NCBI RefSeq assembly: GCF_030144855.1
Contig: NC_082729.1
Coordinates: 35,286,225 to 35,342,000, forward strand
Origin: Hypanus sabinus
Lineage: Eukaryota
DNA length: 55,776 nucleotides
Reading direction: 5' to 3'
In this document: piece after piece, positions 23,935 to 35,032 of the stretch
Position numbering within the stretch: the stretch's first letter is position 1
Layout: the number at the start of each line of letters is the position of its first letter
Made by a program: the position numbers and the translations under genes
The notes under the pieces: model-generated
Database searches by the model: none
Told to the model about the DNA's origin: nothing
Seen by the model: the letters and a program-made list of their open reading frames with translations, nothing else

Positions 23935-24165
23935 GCACCATCCAGAAACCCCATTTTAATGCTAGCCTAATCAGGGGACAATTTACAAAGACCAATTAAC
24001 CAGTACATCTGAGGGCTGTGGGAGGAAACCAGAACACTCAGAGGAAACCCACATGGTCATGGGGAGAATATACAAACTCCTTAAAGACAGTGGCGAGAAA
24101 GGAACTCAGGTCGCCTGTACCATAAAGCGTTGTGCTAACTACTATGATACTGTGCCGCTCTAACA
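23935..24165 (-). mobile_element. V-SINE/HE1-like SINE
   Basis: Reverse complement contains the V-domain 'gtttgtatattctccccatgaccatgtgggtttcctctgagtgttctggtttcctcccaca'. Confidence 0.7.
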
Positions 24166-24214
24166 CTGACTTATGACTGACATATATTCAGCCACCGCTT
24201 TATTCGGTATATAA

Positions 24215-24685
24215 TAAGGTGCCCACTGAGTGTTTCTCTATGCATGTGGTCTTCTACTTCTGTAGCCCACCCACTTCAAGGTCTACATGCTGTGCATTCA
24301 AGATGCTGTTTTGCACACCACTGTCTTAACGTGTGGTTATTTGACTCCCTGTTGTCTTCCTGTCAGTTTGAACCAGTTTGTCCGTTCTCCTCTGACCTCT
24401 CTCATTAACAAATTGTTTTCACCCACAGAACAGTGGCTCCACTTTCTTTCCTCGTACAATTTTTTGTGAACTCTGGAGACTTGAGTGTGGAAAACCCTGG
24501 AGACCAGCAGTTTCTGAGATACTCAAACCACCCCATCTGGCACCAACAGTCAAAGTCAGATCACAGTTCTTGCCCCATTCTGATGTTTGGTCTGAACAAA
24601 AACATATGCATTGAGTTGCTGTCAACTGATGGGCTGATTAGATATTTGCATTAAAGTACCTAATAAAGTGACCCCTGAGTGTATG
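24215..24685 (-). mobile_element. Tc1-derived element
   Basis: Minus peptide MIVGARWGGLSISETA-like; TIR taataaagtgacccctgagtgta. Confidence 0.78.
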
Positions 24686-24774
24686 TCAAGCATTCACTGG
24701 AAATTTGTGCAGTATGTTGTGTGGCTTGTCTATGTTTCTCCCACACTGAAATTGTCATGTGACCCCAAGCACAG

Positions 24775-25140
24775 AATCAGGTTTATTATCACTGACATGT
24801 GTCGTGAAATTGATTGTTTTGCAATAGCAGAACATTGCAATGCATAAAAAATGCTGTAGATTACGATGAGAAATATATTAAAAATAAATAAGTAGAGAGA
24901 AAAGAGAGCAAAATAGTATTCATGAGGTTATGGACCATTTGGAAAAGTGGTGGAAGGGGAGAAGAAGCTGTTCCTAAAACAATGAGTGTGTGCCTTCAGG
25001 TCCATGTACCTCCTCTCCGATGGTAGCAATGAGAAGAGGGTATGTCTTGGGTGATGGGGGTCCTTAATGACGGGTGCTGCCCTTTACAGGCATTGCCTTT
25101 TGAAGATGGCCTCAAACGTCTTGAAAGTGGTGGGAAAAAT
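24775..25140 (-). mobile_element. L2-derived 3' fragment
   Basis: agaatcaggtttattatcactgac tail and gaagaagctgttcc...ccttcagg..tacctcct L2 3' coding remnant; similar copies at 30430-30680, 35960-36080, 39550-39870. Confidence 0.6.
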
Positions 25141-27039
25141 TGGTTCTGCCTGCCACACCGGCAAATCATCTATCACATCAGCAAATCAGCAGTCATTGAC
25201 AGATTCGGGTCAGGGTCCAGTCGCGTGTGGAGCAAGGCGACTGCAGACCCGTCACTCTTACAGCCTTCCCCGGCCTTCACTGTCACTGTGATGTGTCGTT
25301 ATTTTCCACCAGGCAGACAACTTTGTCTGGAACTTCCCCGTTAACCTTACCACCATGGGTGACCCTACCAGGGCCTCAGCTCCAGGCGGCATCGCTCTCA
25401 AAATCTCAGGGACTAACAAGCCAACCTGCCATGATAAGGTGACGACCCTTGGAGAGGGTCAAAAGGGATATGCTAGAGTTCTTCAGCTTCCTGAGGAAAC
25501 AGAGACATTGGTGAGTGCTCTTGGCCTTGGCGTTTAGGTGGTTGGACCAGGATAGAACATTAGTGATGTTCACACCTAGAAACATGAAGCTCTTAACCCT
25601 CTGAGCCTCAGTAGCAATAATGTAGACAGGAACACGTGCCCCACCCTCTTTCCTGATGTTACTCACAAAGCCTTTTGTTCTGCTGACAGGCAGGGGAGAG
25701 GCTGTTGTTGTGATTCCATGCTACTGGGCCCTCTTGCCTCTTCCTCTCCTCCCCCTAATTGCTTTTCGAGGTTTGGCCCACTGCAGTGGTGTCTTCTTCA
25801 AACCTGTAACCTGTAGTTAGCACAGACTCTGGCCACGCAGTTGTGAGAGTACAAGAAGCAGAGCCACAGCCTGGTGAGATTCCAGAGAAAGGCAGCCTCC
25901 TCTTCTCTGATTTCCTTCACCACCCCGTCCATTGTCAGCAGCTCTTAAGAATGATTGCCTGTAATATCTGCACCTCTCTGCTCCTCTAAGTAGCTTAGTT
26001 ACCTCTTTCTTCAAACATCCATTGACCTTTGCAACTATTGCCATTGACAATAATCTCAATAATCACAACGTCAGATTTCAAAGGTGCGTTTAATGTCAGA
26101 GGAGGGTGTACAATACACAGCCTGAAACTTCCTTCCTTCAAAAGCAGAGAAGTACCCCAAAGAATGAATGACAGTTAAATGTTAGAACCCCAAAGCCGAC
26201 CCCGCCCCAGCTCACCCCTCCCATGCGTAAGCAGCAGCAGGGCAACAAGGCCCCTCTACCCCACCAGTAAAAAGGCATCAGCACCCCCCACGAAGAACTC
26301 AAGCGTGCAGCAAAGCACCAATAAAGACACAGACTCAGGGGAGGTATAGTAAACAACTCGCTGATCTGTGGCGTAAAAGATCGGTTGCTTTGCTTTTTCC
26401 AAGCTCGGTGCCCAAAGAACTCGGGTCTTTCATCTCCCGCAACACACCAGGCACCGGCACCAACCTCGAGTCCACCTGCCTCTGGGGCCACGGCAACCTG
26501 GCTTCCAGGCTGCGTCTGTGGTATATTCGAAAGAGACACCGAGAGCAAGTTCCATTCCCACAAAGAACCAAAGTCAGCCTGTCACTCCAGGTCAGGATTC
26601 TTAAAAGAACCCTGAAAGGGGGAAAAAAGAGATATTAAAGATTGAAATAGAGCTGTTTCCAAAGATGCAAGCATTAGGTGCCATCAGCCTCCCGAGCGTT
26701 TGATGACACATTTAATTAACATGGAATGTCTTCAAAGATGCTACATAAATGTAACGCACACACAAAATGCCAGAGGAACCCATCAGGTCAGGCAAGGTCT
26801 GGAGAGGGAAATGGACAATCAATACTTCATCAAGACTGGAAAGGAAGGTGGAGGGTGGGGGAGAAGCCAGAATAAGAAGGTGGGAGGAGGGAAAGGTGTA
26901 ATTGCTTGCAGGTGATAGGTGAGACGGGGAGAGGGGGAAGGTGGGTGGGGGTTGAGGTTTTGAGATAAGAAGCTGGAAGGTGATTGGTGGAAGAGGTTAA
27001 GGCTGAAGAAGAAGGAATCTGACAGGAATGGAAAATGGA

Positions 27040-27590
27040 CCAACCTCACACCTTCCCCCTCATCTGGCATACCCCCATGACTACCAACCACCTCACCTGC
27101 TATCCCCTCTTACCTGGTAGCCCCCTCCACCCACCCCCACACACACACAAACACCGTCCCTCTCACCTGGTATCCTTCCTGCCCCTACCACCCACCTTAT
27201 TGCTCACCTGGTATCCCATATGCACTCACCTTCTCCTTCACCTGCTTTCCCCCATTCCACCTCCCCCTCACCTGGTACTACACCCTTACCTGGTACTACA
27301 CCCTCCCCAGCTCCCTTCTCACCTGGTATCCCACCCACACAGCTACCTCCCCCTCACCTGGAGTCCCACCTCCCCTCACCTGGCACCTCACACACCCACC
27401 TCCCCTCACCTGGCACCTCACACACCCACCTCCCCTCACCTGGCACCTCTCACACCCACCTCCCCTCACCTGGCACCTCACACACCCACCTCCCCTCACC
27501 TGGTATCCCACCCACCCACTTCCCCCTCACCTGTTATTACCCGCCCCCCATCCATGCTCCTCTCACCTGGTATCCCAGTCACCTCTCATC
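27040..27590. repeat. C-rich minisatellite; core is four ~perfect 30-bp units (tcccctcacctggcacctcacacacccacc) at 27371-27490
   Basis: Periodicity is visible directly; the ORF track shows the matching 10-aa repeat HTPTSPHLAP; degenerate ctcacctgg units flank the core. Confidence 0.95.
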
Positions 27591-27599
27591 TATAGTTGT

Positions 27600-27960
27600 T
27601 GAGTCTTGTTCAGAATAAAGTGCCAGAAGCGAATAGAAGGCGTTCCCCCGCCCCGCCTCGCCAGTGGCAGCGGCCGCCCACACAGCGAGGGAAACTTCTC
27701 CAGCGATCGCCTCCGCTACGGGACCTGCCGGCTGGCGACCAGTTACGCGCGGAGAGGCTGTGTGACGGGCTGTTCCTCGGTCCTCGGCGGAAGGGATGGG
27801 AGCAATGATGCCGTCTCCGCGAACCGTGAGCCAGCTGCTCCTCCCGCTGGCCCAGGAACCGCCAGCCGGTGCGAGGCGACGCCGCTCTCCCTGTTTGCTC
27901 GCCGCCTTCCTCCTCCTGCTCCTCAACGGCTCCACTGCCCTGGGTGAGGAGCGCGGCGCA
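27600..27960 (+). promoter_or_regulatory. TATA-less CpG-island promoter/first exon of the MHC-family gene
   Basis: CpG-rich; Sp1-type ccccgccccgcc near 27646; lies directly upstream of and across the leader exon. Confidence 0.75.
27796..27943 (+). CDS. MHC-family gene (probable W-category beta chain) exon 1: signal peptide
   Basis: gggATGG Kozak context; MGAMMPSP...ARRRRSPCLLAAFLLLLLNGSTAL (basic n-region, hydrophobic core); phase-1 donor G|GTGAGG at 27944. Confidence 0.85.
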
Positions 27961-28810
27961 AGGGGAGGCGCCGGGGAGGGGGCACTAGGGAGGTAGAAGA
28001 TGGGTGGAAACTGAGGAAGGGTGGGCAAGAGAGGGAAGGGGGCAACTAGGGAGGGGAGGGGAAGGGCACCAAGGGAGTGTAGGGAGAGGAACTGAGGGCG
28101 GGTTAAGAGGGGAGGAGAATGGGCACCAATGGAGGGTGGGAAGTGGGCATCGAGAAAGGTTGGGGAGGAGAGGGAAGTGACATTGAGGCAGGGTGGGGAG
28201 TGAATACTAAAGGAGGGTGGAGAGCTGAGGGGAAGGTACCAATGGAAGGTGGAGAGGAGGGGGTGGCAATGGAGGGTAGTGGAGAGGGCACCAGGGGAGG
28301 GGAGGGGGTTCCAAAGGAACGTGGGGAGTGGAGAAGGCACCAAATGGGCATGGGAAGGGAAGGACACACTCAGGCAGAGAGCAGGTAGGGAGGGAGTGGA
28401 GGTGGATTGAGTATCATTGAGGGGGTGGTGGAAGGGGAGGGGGCATTGGGGATGAGTGTGTGGGGGAGGAAATTGGGTGCCAAAGGTGTGTAAGGAGGGA
28501 GAGGGGTGCTATGGGTGGGACAGAAGGCTGAGGAGTGGAGATGTGTGGATGCAGCGAGTGGGTAGGAGAGAGGACACTGAGATTGGGAGGGGAGGGGCCA
28601 CCAAGGATGTTTGGGGAGGGAAGGAAGAGGTCACTGAGAGCGGGTAGGGAGAGAGGCTGGTGTGGACAGTGAGGAGAGATGTCTGTGGAGAGGCATTTCA
28701 ATGGCGAGGAGGGGTTTGGGCGAAGAGGTGGGTGGGGATGTAGGCATCGAACTGAGGAAGAGGTGGGTGCAGAGAGTGAGGTTGTTGAGTTTTACAGTGG
28801 GAGGGATAGG
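27960..28810 (+). repeat. G/purine-rich low-complexity tract in intron 1
   Basis: Dense GGG/GGGG runs (ggagggga, ggggagg) over ~850 bp; G-quadruplex-prone by composition. Confidence 0.85.
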
Positions 28811-28969
28811 TGGCTCTGGAGGAATGGCACCGTTTTGCCAACAGAATGGCGTGTATCCACAGAAGGGACAGACAGATCTGTTGTTTCAGTTCGATTAATC
28901 TTAAAGTTTTAAAATGAGCCATTTCACTCTCACAAATCGCTAATGGACCGATTATTATTTGCTTGCCAG

Positions 28970-29227
28970 GAATGCGCATCATTCAAGTGACTTTCTCTGG
29001 TAAAGGTCCGGAGTTCTCAATGCCTGCCCTGAAGTTTGCTTACAACGGCAAAGACACTGTTCACTTTAATTATACCACAGAAAAGTTTGTGGCCATCGAT
29101 CCACTTGTAAAGTCTTACGTGAAAGAGCTGAACTCCGATGCAAAGCTTATCAAAAACGTTAACAACTTTGTTAATGACATGCCTTTTGCCATGGAGATAA
29201 TTCACCAGAATCTTCAAGCTCTGACTG
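28970..29227 (+). CDS. Exon 2: membrane-distal domain (beta1; class I alpha2-like), 86 codons
   Basis: tttgcttgccAG| ... G|GTAAGT, phase 1-1, 258 nt: GMRIIQVTFSGKGPEFSMPALKFAYNGKDTVHFNYTTEKFVAIDPLVKSYVKELNSDAKLIKNVNNFVNDMPFAMEIIHQNLQALT. AYNGKD corresponds to class I A117-Y-D-G120-K-D122; Q6 corresponds to Q96. Confidence 0.9.
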
Positions 29228-29254
29228 GTAAGTTTATTTTCACACCAAAAAAAA

Positions 29255-29720
29255 ACCTGCAGATGACGGAGATCCAGGCAACACACACAAAGTGCTGGAG
29301 TTGCTCAGCAGGCCGAGCAGCATCTATGGAAAAGAGTAGAGTCGACGTTTTGGGACTGGAGAAACAAAGATGAGGAGTCAGAGTTAGAAGGAGGAGAGGG
29401 GTGAAGTAAGGAGCCGGGAAGTTGATTGGGAAAAGGGGTACAGGGCTGGAGAAGGAAGAATCTGATGGGAGAGGACAGAAGGGCATGGAAGAAAGAAAGG
29501 GGTAAAGCACCAGTCAGAGGTGATGTGTAGGTAAGGTGAGAGAGGGAAAAGGGAATGGGGAATGATAAAGTGGGGGGGACATTACTGGAAATTCAAGATA
29601 TCGATGTTTTACCCGGGCGGAATATGTTATTCCTCCAATGTGAGTGCGGCCTCATCCTGACAGAAGAGGAGGCCATGGTATGGGAATGGGAAGTGGGATT
29701 AAAGTTTTGTTTTCAAAGCG
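29255..29720 (-). mobile_element. PLE terminal fragment in intron 2
   Basis: acacacaaagtgctggagttgctcagcaggccgagcagcatctatgg..gtcgacgttttggg and a GIY-YIG C-terminal remnant. Confidence 0.75.
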
Positions 29721-29971
29721 ATGTTCAAGCAGGCTGTGTGGCTTAGGCTGATAGAGAGGGCAAAACAAGGGAACACACACACCAGTCCTCAAAGAGGGAT
29801 CAGAAGTGGAGGGAGTGAGCAATTTCAACTGTTAGGCGTCAATATCTCTGAGGATCTATCCTGGGCCCTACATATCGAGGCAGTTACAAAAAAGGCACGA
29901 CAACGGCTTTATGTCATTAGGAGTTTGAGGAGATTTGGTGTGTCAAAGATGCATGCAAATTTCTACAGATA

Positions 29972-30415
29972 TAACCATACAACAATTATAGCACGGAAAC
30001 AGGCCATCTCGGCCCTTCTAGTCCGTGCCGAACGTTTACTCTTACCTAGTCCCACCGACCTGCACTCAGCCCATAACCCTCCATTCCTTTCCTGTCCATA
30101 TACCTATCCAATTTTTTTTTAAATGACAATATCAAACCTGCCTCTACCACTTCTACTGGAAACTCGTTCCATGTAGCTACCACTCTCTGAGTAAAGAAGT
30201 TCCCCCTTGTGTTACCCTTAAACTTTTGCTCAACTCTCAACTCATGTCTTCTTGTTTGAATCTCCCCTACTCTCAATGGAAAAAGGCTATCCACGTCAAC
30301 TCTATCTATCCCCCTCATAATTTTAAATACCTCTATCAAGTCCCCCCTCAACTTTCTACGCTCCATAGAATAAAGACCTAACTTGTTCAACCTTTCTCTG
30401 TAACTTAGGTGCTGA
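29972..30415 (-). mobile_element. CR1 3' fragment
   Basis: FQHLSYRERLNKLGLYSMERRKLRGDLIEVFKIMRG; (catataac) tail. Confidence 0.88.
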
Positions 30416-30711
30416 AATTGTGTAGGTATAACTGGCTGCACAGGGGGAGGGGTGTAGATACTTCAAAGGGTTGAAAGAAGCTGCAGAAGGTTCTGAACTC
30501 AGTCAGTTGCATCCTGGGCACTAGCCTCCTTAGCATTCAGGAATCTTCAGGGAGTGATGCCTCAAAAAGGCAGCGTCCATCATTAAGGACCCCCACCACT
30601 CAGGACATGCCCTCTTCTCATTGCTGCCATCAGGGAGGAGGTACAGGAGCCTGAAGGCACACACTCAATGATTCAAGAAAAGCCTCCCTGGGAATCACTG
30701 CTGTAGCCTCA

Positions 30712-31152
30712 TTCACTTTGACATGTTGTACGTTCAGAGATGTTCTTCTGCACGCCTCTGTTGTAACATGTGGTGATTTGAATTACTGTCCCCTTCCCGT
30801 CAGCTTGAACCAGTCTGGCCATCCTCCCCTGACTTCACTCATGAACGAGGCGTTTTTGCCCACAAAGCTGCCGCTCACTGGATGTCTTTTTCTCTGTGAA
30901 CTCGAGAGACTGTTGTGTTTGAAAGTCCCAAGAGATCAGCAGTTTCTGAGATACTCAAACCACCCCATCTGGTCCAAGGTCAAAGTCAATTAGATTGCAT
31001 TTCTTCCCCATTCTGATGTTTGGTCTGAACAACAACTGAACCTCTTGACAATGTCTGCATGCTTTTATGCATTGAGTTGCTGCCACATGATTGGCTGATT
31101 AGAGGTTTATACTAACGAGCAGGTGTACCTAATAAAGTGGACACTGAGTGTA
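30712..31152 (-). mobile_element. Tc1-derived element
   Basis: Same family as 24215-24685; TIR cctaataaagtggacactgagtgta. Confidence 0.8.
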
Positions 31153-31630
31153 TGTCATTGATATTAAACCTGATTTGGATCTGCACTAACCTGTAGCTAA
31201 TTAACCTTACCATGCAAATTTTCATTTCTAAGTATTTCCACCTTATGGAAACCTTGGGTTACCAACAGTTCTTGAAACTTTCATGTGACCTGGGAGTAAC
31301 TGAAAGAACCATGCCCCTGGTCGGAGGCAGATGACCAGCGACCGTTTCTAAACACAAAAGATTCTGCAGATGGTGGCAATGCAAAGAAATGCACAGGCAC
31401 GCACATGCACACAAGAATTCAGCAGGCCAGGCAGCATCTAGGGAGGTGAATAAATATAGGAGCAGGATTAGGCCATTCGACCCATCGTGTCTGTTCCACA
31501 ATTCTGTCATGATGGAATCTCAATGTTGTAAAATGTATTCATGCTTTAATAATAAACATACTTTGAACTTTTAAATTCTATTGCTCTTTACTTTTTCTGA
31601 TCAGCTTCAATGTGTTTCTGTCCACTGCAG

Positions 31631-31912
31631 CGAAGCCGACTATCACAATAACCTCAAGACCCCTGAAGAACAGAAAGAATTCCTTGGTCCTGAGTTGCCA
31701 AGTGTGTGGATTTTATCCCAGGGATATCCACACAACATGGCTGCGAAATGGTATGGCGATCGACCAGGAAGTGCAAATGACAAAAATTTTACCCAACCAG
31801 GATGGGACGTTCCAAGTCCAGCTACAGGTCGAAATTGACCCTGGGAAGGGTGACACTTATACTTGTGAAATCAAGCATTTGAGCATCCCTGACAAGCTGC
31901 ATGTAGTTTGGG
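31631..31912 (+). CDS. Exon 3: Ig-C1 domain (beta2; class I alpha3-like), 94 codons
   Basis: tgtccactgcAG| ... G|GTAAGG, phase 1-1, 282 nt: AKPTITITSRPLKNRKNSLVLSCQVCGFYPRDIHTTWLRNGMAIDQEVQMTKILPNQDGTFQVQLQVEIDPGKGDTYTCEIKHLSIPDKLHVVW; canonical C..GFYP..W, LPN.DGTFQ, Y.C...H. Confidence 0.97.
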
Positions 31913-31990
31913 GTAAGGCTTAGAGTCTGAATAATTTGAGGTTCAGTGTACTGGTGACAATCTGGTTCACACTCTGTCCAACACCGTATT

Positions 31991-32365
31991 ATACACTCAG
32001 TGGCCACTTTATTAGACACCTCCTCTACATAATAAAGTGCCCACTGAGTCATGTTTATGGACTTTTTCTGCTTTAGCCCATCCACTTTGAGGTTCTAAAC
32101 ATTCAGTGATGCTCTTCTGCACACTACCATTGTAACAGCGGTTCTTTGAGTTACTATTGTGTTCCTGTTAGCTTGAACCAGTCTGGCCGTTCTCCTCTGA
32201 AATCTCACTAACAAGGCAGTTTTGCCCACATCTGCCACTCAGTAGATGATTTTTGTTTGTTTGTTTTTCACACTATTCACTTTAAACTCCAGAGACTTGT
32301 ACCTGAAAATCCCAGAGCTCAATAATTTCTGAGATACTCAAACCACCCCGTCAGGCATCAACAAT
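31991..32365 (-). mobile_element. Tc1-derived element
   Basis: TIR tacactcagtggccactttattag at 31991; same family body. Confidence 0.78.
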
Positions 32366-33276
32366 CGTTCAAAGGTTCATTTACTATCAAATTATGTATT
32401 CAGTGTACAACTCTGAGATTCATCTTCTCCAGATAGCCACGAGACAAAGAAAACCACGGAAGCCGTTCAAAGATAAACATCAAACCCCGCCCCCACTGCA
32501 CAAAGAAAATCAAAACTTAACAAGACCATCAACCCCCACCAAACCCCCGCTCCCTTACGTAAAAAAACTAACAAAAACCTCAAGCCCCAAACCCCCTCCC
32601 CTCGAGCAGAAAACTAATAAAACATGCCATGCAACAACAAGCGAAAGAACAGGCAAAAACACAGAATATAAAAAAACGTAAGACTGAAAAAATCCATAGT
32701 CCAACACACTGCATAGTCTACTCAAACACAGAGGCCTACCCTCCAACAACAGTAAGTGAAAGGCACCACACAGACTTCTCTGACAGCAGGGAAGTCTGTC
32801 CCTACAATCAAATGGCGAGTAGTCACCTCGGATTCAATCTTCCCTGACACTTTAATCTGCGAAATGGAGTCGATCATTGGCCCATGCCTCATCTTTAAGC
32901 TGCTTCTCCTTGAGGCTGTTTGATTTAGGGAACCCTCCACGAGTTCTCCCAAGTACTTTGCTTTTGTACTACCTTGTATGTATGGAATGATGGTTTGGAT
33001 ATCATGCTCACAAATACTTTTTACTCTACTTCAGTGTATCATAATAAGCCAATTAACACACTTCTGACCCCAGTGGATATGAGCCCAGCCTGTCTGACCC
33101 TTTGTCATAAGACAACTGGCACATTCCAGCAGTCTAACTGGCATGTAGCATAATACTTTAACTGCCAGTGACCTGGGTTCAAACCCAGCACATTCTTCTT
33201 CGAAAGGGGGCCATTCTCTGTTGTTGTACTGGACCAAGACCACAGAGGTCTAGTGAAGACAATAAAGTATGAACAA

Positions 33277-33484
33277 CTGTGGCCTGTCTGCTCACAGCTG
33301 TAATATCTTCTGGCCAACAGGTAGCCAAACTGCTCTCTGCTAAAATATCTTCTGACCAACTGTGGTCTATTTGCTCTCTGCTGTAATATCTTCAAACTAA
33401 TTATGGCCAAACTGCTCTCTGCTCTTGTATCTTCTGACCAACAACCATGGCCAAACTGCTCTCTGCTGTAATATGTTCTGACCC
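33277..33484. repeat. Degenerate ~41-bp minisatellite (about 5 units) just upstream of the TM exon
   Basis: Repeated ggccaaactgctctctgctgtaatatcttctgaccaac units. Confidence 0.85.
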
Positions 33485-33505
33485 CACTTTTACTGATTTT
33501 CCTAG

Positions 33506-33607
33506 ATCCCAGGAATACCTATCCAGTCTACGGATATGTAATTGGAATAATCGCTGGAATAATTGGCATTCTGATTGCAGTGGCTGGAGGAATAATCAGG
33601 TGGAAAG
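33506..33607 (+). CDS. Exon 4: connecting peptide / transmembrane / start of tail
   Basis: ctgattttcctAG| ... G|GTAGGA, phase 1-1, 102 nt: DPRNTYPVYGYVIGIIAGIIGILIAVAGGIIRWK; hydrophobic Gly-rich helix with RWK stop-transfer. Confidence 0.9.
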
Positions 33608-34494
33608 GTAGGAATATTTTTGTACGTACTCATCAGACTGGGGATCACTTTTTCTTCCAACCCTTCATTTAAAAAAAGCCACAGATACCCAGTTGGCCAA
33701 ATACCCAATCTGGTCATCTGAGACCCAGTGATTCAGCATGGGTTATCACACCAAAATCTACACCAAGTGTGGTAGAACATAAGGGCAGGCCAGAGAACAA
33801 GGAGTAATTCAAGACGGAAACAGACCCCTGGTTCACACTGACCATCAAATATCCATTTTTATTTATCCAACTTTGTTCTTCCAACATTCCCATTAGCTCC
33901 AATTAAACTCCCCCCCCCCCACAACACCTACACATGAGAGACATTCCCATCAGGAGAGTGGAACCTTGGGAGAAAGGGACACCATAGGGAGGCGCTGGGC
34001 AGTAAGGAGGTGAAGGGGTAATGGGTAGCCAGAATGGGGAATGGATAAAGATAGGATGGGAAGGGGAAAGGAATTACCAGAAATCAGAGAGATCGATGCA
34101 ACTCACTGTCATCTCCCAGCATGTATTCCTTTCCCTCCTCCTGCCTTATTCTTACTTCTGCCCCCTTCCACTCCAGTCCTGAGGAAGGTTCTTGACCTGA
34201 AGCTTTGACTGTTTATTCCCCTCCATCATTGCTGCCTCACCTGCTGAGCTCCTCCAGCATTCTGTGTGAGTGGCTCTGGATTTCCAGCATCTGCAGAACC
34301 CCTTGTGTTTATCAAATGTTCAATGATGCAGATTCATGGTGAGAGAGGAAAGGTTCATGGAGATTTGTGAGGAGAACTGTTCTGCACAGACAGCGGTCGG
34401 CACCTGGGGCACCAGGGGAGGTGCTGGAACCAGGTATGATAGCAATGTTTAAGACCATTTTGGCAGACAGGTGAACAGGCAAGAAGTGGAGCCT

Positions 34495-35032
34495 CAGTGA
34501 CCACTTTATTATGTTTCTCATACACCAGTAATAAAGTGGCCACTGTGTGTATGTTCATGGTCTTCTGCTGCAGCCCATCAATTTCAAAGTTCGACATGTT
34601 GTTTATTCAGATTTGCTCTTCTGAACACCACTGTTGTAACGAGTGGTTATTTGAGTTACTGTCACCTTCCTGTCAGCTTGAACCAGTCTGGCTGTTCTCC
34701 TCTCACCTCTCCCATTAACAAATTGTTTTCACCCTCAGAACTGCCACTCCACTTTTGTTCCTCTCACCATTCTCTATGAACTCTGGAGACTTGTATGTAA
34801 AAATCCCAGGAGATCAGCCCCAACTGAGATACTCAAACCACCCCATCTGGCACCAACAATCATTTCACAGTCAAAGCCATGTAGATCACATTTCTTCCCC
34901 TTTCTGATGCTCGGTCTAAACAACAAATGCACCTCTTGACTATGCCATGCATTGAGTTTCTGCCACATGATTGGCTGATTAGGTGTTTCTATTAATGAGG
35001 AGGTGTACCTAATCAAGTGGACATTGAGTGTA
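34495..35032 (-). mobile_element. Tc1-derived element
   Basis: KKCDLHGFDCEMIVGARWGGLSISVGADLLGF on minus; TIR-like taatcaagtggacattgagtgta. Confidence 0.82.

Noticed and set aside
25817-26059. Minus-strand ORF with a hydrophobic end as the leader of a partner alpha gene
   Set aside because: It overlaps an L2-type RT remnant (tggtgtcttcttcaaac..ctggccacgcagttgtgag) and has no good donor.
27371-27490. Regular 30-bp repeats as a CRISPR array
   Set aside because: Head-to-tail units without unique spacers, in eukaryotic DNA; this is a minisatellite.
27035-28701. Long Pro/His/Ser- or Gly/Glu-rich ORFs on both strands (up to 262 aa)
   Set aside because: Artefacts of the C-rich minisatellite and the G-rich tract; only the leader exon has coding and splice support.
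27796-33607. Calling the gene classical MHC class I or class II beta
   Set aside because: There is no alpha1 exon or peptide-anchor residues (against class I), and no beta1 disulfide or DWTFQ tryptophan, with class I contact residues present (against class II).
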